Assembly (NCBI GenBank): GCA_009914755.4
Contig: CP068257.2
Coordinates: 22,880,001-22,944,000, forward strand
Direction of reading: 5' to 3'
From: the human T2T-CHM13v2.0 reference genome, Homo sapiens
DNA: 64,000 bases
The notes beneath the pieces were generated by a model that was not told the DNA's origin, made no database searches, and worked only from the letters and a program-made list of their open reading frames with translations. A program made the position numbers and the translations under genes. Positions 59,112 to 64,000 of this stretch are shown piece after piece (the stretch's first letter is position 1; each line of letters begins with the position of its first letter).

Positions 59112-59440
59112 GCTGGGCATGGTGGCTCACACCTGCAATCCCAGCACTTCGGGAAGCCAAGGTGAAAAGATTGCTTGCATTCAGGAGTTCGACATCAACC
59201 TGGGCAACATGGCAAAATCCATCTCTACAAAAAATACAAAAATTAGCCTAGCAGATGGTGCGTGCCTGTGTACTAGCCACTCGGGAGAGAGGCTGAGTTG
59301 GGAGGATGGCTTGAGCCCAGGAGGCTTGAGCCTGGGAGGCAGAGGTTGCAGTGAGCCCAGATCTTGCCACTGCACCCCAGTCTGGGCAACAGAATGAAAC
59401 CCTGTCTCAATCAACAACAACAACAAAAACTCATTTTATT
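59112..59440 (+). mobile_element. Alu SINE (older AluJ-like), sense, with (CAA)n-type tail
   Basis: 'tgctgggcatggtggctcacacctgcaatcccagcacttcgggaagccaaggtgaaaagattgcttgcattcaggagttcgacatcaacctgggcaacatggcaaaatccatctctacaaaaaatac…gtgagcccagatcttgccactgcaccccagtctgggcaacagaatgaaaccctgtctcaatcaacaacaacaacaaaaa'. Confidence 0.9.
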
Positions 59441-61779
59441 TAATAACTTTGTTACAGAATTAAAATACTCAGTGGATATTTGGGGATGCCTTTCTAATTG
59501 TCTGTTCCCTTTTCCCTTCTCCCAGATCTCCAGATTCTTTTTGAGGTTCATGTGAGTCTGGAATATTGATAACCATCCATCACACACCAGCTTTGAGTAT
59601 GTAGTTAACTAAGCCAAATCACCATACTTCCTCCTTCTGGCTATATGAACTGTATCCTGACTCAACAAACATTTTAAATTAATCCAAACATAGTGCCTCT
59701 CAGGGTTTTTGTTAGCAATGCTATAAATGACAGTCTTTCTTGCATGGTATAAAGGTGAACGCATATAACCTGAGATCTGCTTGTTATGATTTTTCCATCA
59801 AAAGGAAAGCCACTCTGAAGGTGAAGCCAATTGTAGAGAGTAGCAATCAGAAATTAGGTCTAGTGCAATAGTACTGAATCACGGGACAGAGACTTACTTG
59901 AAGCTAACCTCTATTTGTAACATTATGAGAGCCAAGATACTCTTTATTGGTTTAATTTGCTTGATATTACTTGCAAATTAAAAGATATTTTATGAAACGT
60001 TATACGTGACAGTATAACAAATAATATAGATCTTGAAAATTCAAAGTGTGTTCTATATAAAGTCTAACTATATGTATATATTTATTTAATAAGAAATTAC
60101 ATACATAAAAGTAAACTGTGCATATTTGCTGCATTTAGAAAATATATCTGAAATTCAAGTCTTTCCACATGAAAACTTCTAAAATTATTTGGATTGGCTT
60201 GTGTAATCGAAGTCAAATAGAAAAGCACAGTTAACATAAACTTTCAAAATAAAAACAATGTAGAATCTGTGTAAAATTATCAGGGACCTAAATGTGAGAT
60301 TATATGCTTATTTTTCACTTTGAAGATTTTAAAAGACATCACATTTCATTAACTGTCTGAAAAGGAGTGCACAAAAATTAATTTGGAGTAGATGTTCCTC
60401 CTTGCTATTAGCTAACTGAAGGTTTTGCATCAAGACGCTGAGATGATATCTTTAAACCAGATACTTTTTGATTAACTAATTTCTTAGAGGTTTAATAGAT
60501 AATCCAGTAAAGTAGCTGCTAAGATTCAGTATGCCAAAAGAATCTAATGGGAGATTCTGGTAAAAATTCAAATTTTTGGTTCCATGTCCTTAGAAATTTT
60601 AAAAAAGAATGTCTGTAGTTCTCTCATGAAATTTGTAAAAGCAGCTTAGATATTTTAAATGCAATTTTTCTGGAGGACCATAATCTGAGAGACATGGATC
60701 TAGAAGAGCAAATAGATAACATGCTGATTATTTTAGCAGATCTGTATGCCAGGGTTCATTCCATCAACTTACAATCTAATTTCATTTATTTGCAGATATA
60801 AATATACGTACACGTAAAAAGAAGGATACAGTAAAAAGTCATGGCAAACACTTCAGTCCTTCTCCACAGATACAATCATTATTGATAAATTTCTGTGTAC
60901 ATTTTGGAAACCTGCTATGCATATAAACTCAACACTCACTTTTGTAAGTGATCATGAAACTACATCAGGGTGAAACATTCTTATTCTTAAGATGAAGGCA
61001 GAAATAAACTAGCAGCATGCCTTTGACTCCAGGATACACTCACCAACCTGACATCTGTAACAGTAGCCATTTCCTCTCAATTATAATTAGCAATATTCAT
61101 TGCTTCACTGAACAGAGTTCCCAACTAATCATGACTGACTACATTTAAAATACCAGTTTCTAGAATGGAAACTTAGATTGATATTTGAAATGTCAGCTTC
61201 CATTTGAAGAAATGATAGCTGACAAATACAAGTAATGCATGGAGAGTAGATGATGAAAATTATTTAAATATATACAGTAGAAAAGAGATAATGACTCCTT
61301 TTGCTATATGCACTAGATAGCATTAGGAGGTGAACTAATAGAAAAGTTTTTAATTTTTTTCTTATCTTCTCATGATTAATAGTGGATTCATTCTAAAGAA
61401 GCTAAGGAAGCACTTGTCAGAAAGTTGGTAGAACCAGCTCTTAAAATCGACTTTGAACCTTGCCAGTCATGTCATCGTGACCAAGCCACTTAAATGGGTA
61501 GTTCTATAGCATCCTTACCTACAAAATAAAACTAATCATCACTGACACAATTTCTAGCTAAAAACTTGTTTTGATCCTGAAATAGGCCTGTGTTTGTCTC
61601 TTCGCATATTGTGTTTCTGTGTCTCTCTCACAAACTTTGAGTTGGCACCTAGCCCCTCTTCTCATTTCACCTTTTCTTGATTTCTCTCTCAGAAAAGGTC
61701 TTGGCATTTTACTGGGGCATTGAACTGTGGGTGAATATGTGCTCAGAAAGAGAGGAATTTATAGATCAAAGCTGGATAA

Positions 61780-62055
61780 TTTTTTTTTTTTTTTTTTTGA
61801 GACAGAGTCTGGCACTGTCGCCCAGGCTGGAGTGCAGTGGCGCAATCTCGGCTCACTGAAAGCTCCGCCTCCCAGGTTCACGCCATTCTCCTGCCTCAGC
61901 CTCCCGAGTAGTTGGGACTACAGGTGCCCACCACCACACCAGGCTATTTTTTTGTATTTTTAGTAAAGACGGGGTTTCACCGTGTTACCCAGGGTGGTCT
62001 TGATCTCCTGACCTCGTGATCCGCCCGCCTCGGCCTCCCAAAGTGCTGGGATTAG
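61780..62055 (-). mobile_element. AluY-like SINE, antisense, 5'-truncated by ~25 bp, TSD 'ggataatttt'
   Basis: An 18-nt poly-T is followed by 'gagacagagtctggcactgtcgcccaggctggagtgcagtggcgcaatctcggctcactgaaagctccgcctcccaggttcacgccattctcctgcctcagcctcccgagtagttgggactacaggtgcccaccaccac…gatccgcccgcctcggcctcccaaagtgctgggattagg'. The flanks read 'ggataatttt|…|ggataatttt'. Confidence 0.92.
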
Positions 62056-62189
62056 GATAATTTTTAAAAATAGCTTTATTAAGATGTAATTCACACAGTA
62101 TACAATAAGCCCATTTAGAGTACAAAAGTTAGTGTTCTTGAAAATATATTCACAGAGTTTTGTAATCATTGTCACGATCTATTTTAGAA

Positions 62190-62565
62190 CTGTCTTAAAC
62201 ACATGAGGCTGCTATAACAAAATACCATCAGCAAAGTGACTTATAAAAAACAGAAATTTACTTCTCACAGTTCTGCACCATTCAATATTCATACCAGGAG
62301 TGATGGAGATTTCCAATATCTCCACATCTGTGTTAGGCCATTCTTGCATTGCTATAAAGAAATACCCGAGGCTGGGTAATTTATGAAGAAAAGAGGTTTA
62401 ATTAGCTCACAATTCTGCAGGACAGGAAGCATACTGCTAGCATCTGCTTGGCTTCTGAGGAGGCCTCAGGGAGCTTTTACTCATAGCAGAAGGTGAAACA
62501 GGAGCAGAAACGTCATGTGGCAAAAGCAGGATCAAGAGAGAGCAACATGGGGGGTGGAAACTAAC
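62190..62565 (-). mobile_element. Composite MaLR LTR remnants (MLT1-type 3' end plus MST/THE1-like half), antisense
   Basis: The reverse complement contains '…gaactgtgagaagtaaatttctgttttttataagtcactttgctgatggtattttgttatagcagcctcatgtg' (MLT1 3' end) and '…ttgctctctcttgatcctgcttttgccacatgacgtttctgctcctgtttcaccttctgctatgagtaaaagctccctgaggcctcctcagaagccaagcagatgctagcagtatgcttcctgtcctgcagaattgtgagctaattaaacctcttttcttcataaattacccagcctcgggtatttctttatagcaatgcaagaatggcctaacacag' (MST-like). Confidence 0.7.
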
Positions 62566-62570
62566 ATACT

Positions 62571-62866
<296 letters not shown>

Positions 62867-62893
62867 TACCACACACTTTTAAACCAACAGATC

Positions 62894-63207
62894 TGTTTTT
62901 TGTTGTTTTTGTTTTTTGTTTGTTTGTTTTTGAGATGGAGTCTTACTCTATCACTCAGGCTGGAGTGTAGTGGCAACCTCCCCCACCCTCCCCACCCCCA
63001 CGTTCAAGTGATTCTCTTGCCTCAGCTTCCTGAGTAGCTTGGATTACAGGCACCCACCACCACGCCTGGCCAATTTTTGTGTTTTCAGTGGAGACAGCAT
63101 TTCACCATGTTGGCCGGGCTGGTCTCGAACTCCTGACCTCAAATGATCTGCCTGCCTCGGCCTCCCAGAGTGCTGGGATTACAGGCGTGAGCCACAGTGC
63201 CAGACCA
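62894..63207 (-). mobile_element. Alu SINE, antisense, TSD 'aacagatct', with an internal segment replaced by a C-rich tract (G4 motif on the Alu sense strand)
   Basis: A (GTTTT)n-like tail is followed by 'gagatggagtcttactctatcactcaggctggagtgtagtggcaacctcccccaccctccccacccccacgttcaagtgattctcttgcctcagcttcctgagtagcttggattacaggcacccaccaccacgcctggcc…cctcccagagtgctgggattacaggcgtgagccacagtgccagacc'. The flanking repeat 'caacagatct' is on both sides. Confidence 0.9.
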
Positions 63208-63424
63208 AAGCAACAGATCTTGTATGAATTCAGTGTGAGTGCTCACTTATCACCAAGGCGATGGCCCAAGCCATTCATGAGCAATCTGTCCCCATGATCC
63301 AAACATCTCCCACCAGACCTCACCTCCAAGATTGGGGATTACATTTCAACATGAGATCTATGCAGGGACATACATTCAAACTATATCAACATATTCACCA
63401 ATACTTTTAATTACCTTGTGGCTC

Positions 63425-64000
<576 letters not shown>

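Overview
This window is primate (human-type) nuclear genomic DNA, not a prokaryotic locus. The evidence is about 20 Alu SINEs in both orientations (several with intact poly-A tails and target-site duplications), a 6.4-kb full-length but degraded L1PA LINE, several older L1 fragments, a Tigger1 DNA-transposon remnant, at least eight MaLR LTRs (THE1/MST and MLT1 types) and (TG)n/(TA)n microsatellites, all in a CpG-depleted, AT-rich background. I found no rRNA, tRNA, CRISPR array, operon structure or convincing protein-coding gene. Nearly every ORF in the supplied track is a repeat translation (Alu antisense 'SPRLECSG…' peptides, L1 ORF1/ORF2 relics, Tigger transposase relic) or an artefact of AT-rich, low-complexity sequence. 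I do not see a novel biological system here and say so plainly. The items worth a second look are a nested TE insertion series, a possible full-length MaLR provirus, an unclassified diverged ~300-bp tandem triplication, inverted Alu pairs with dsRNA potential, a young AluY with a perfect TSD and a long pure poly-A tail, a (TG)n(TA)~22 expansion born from an Alu linker, a G-quadruplex motif that replaced part of an Alu, and one low-confidence candidate exon. All coordinates come from reading the sequence by eye against remembered consensus sequences and are approximate (±5–15 bp).
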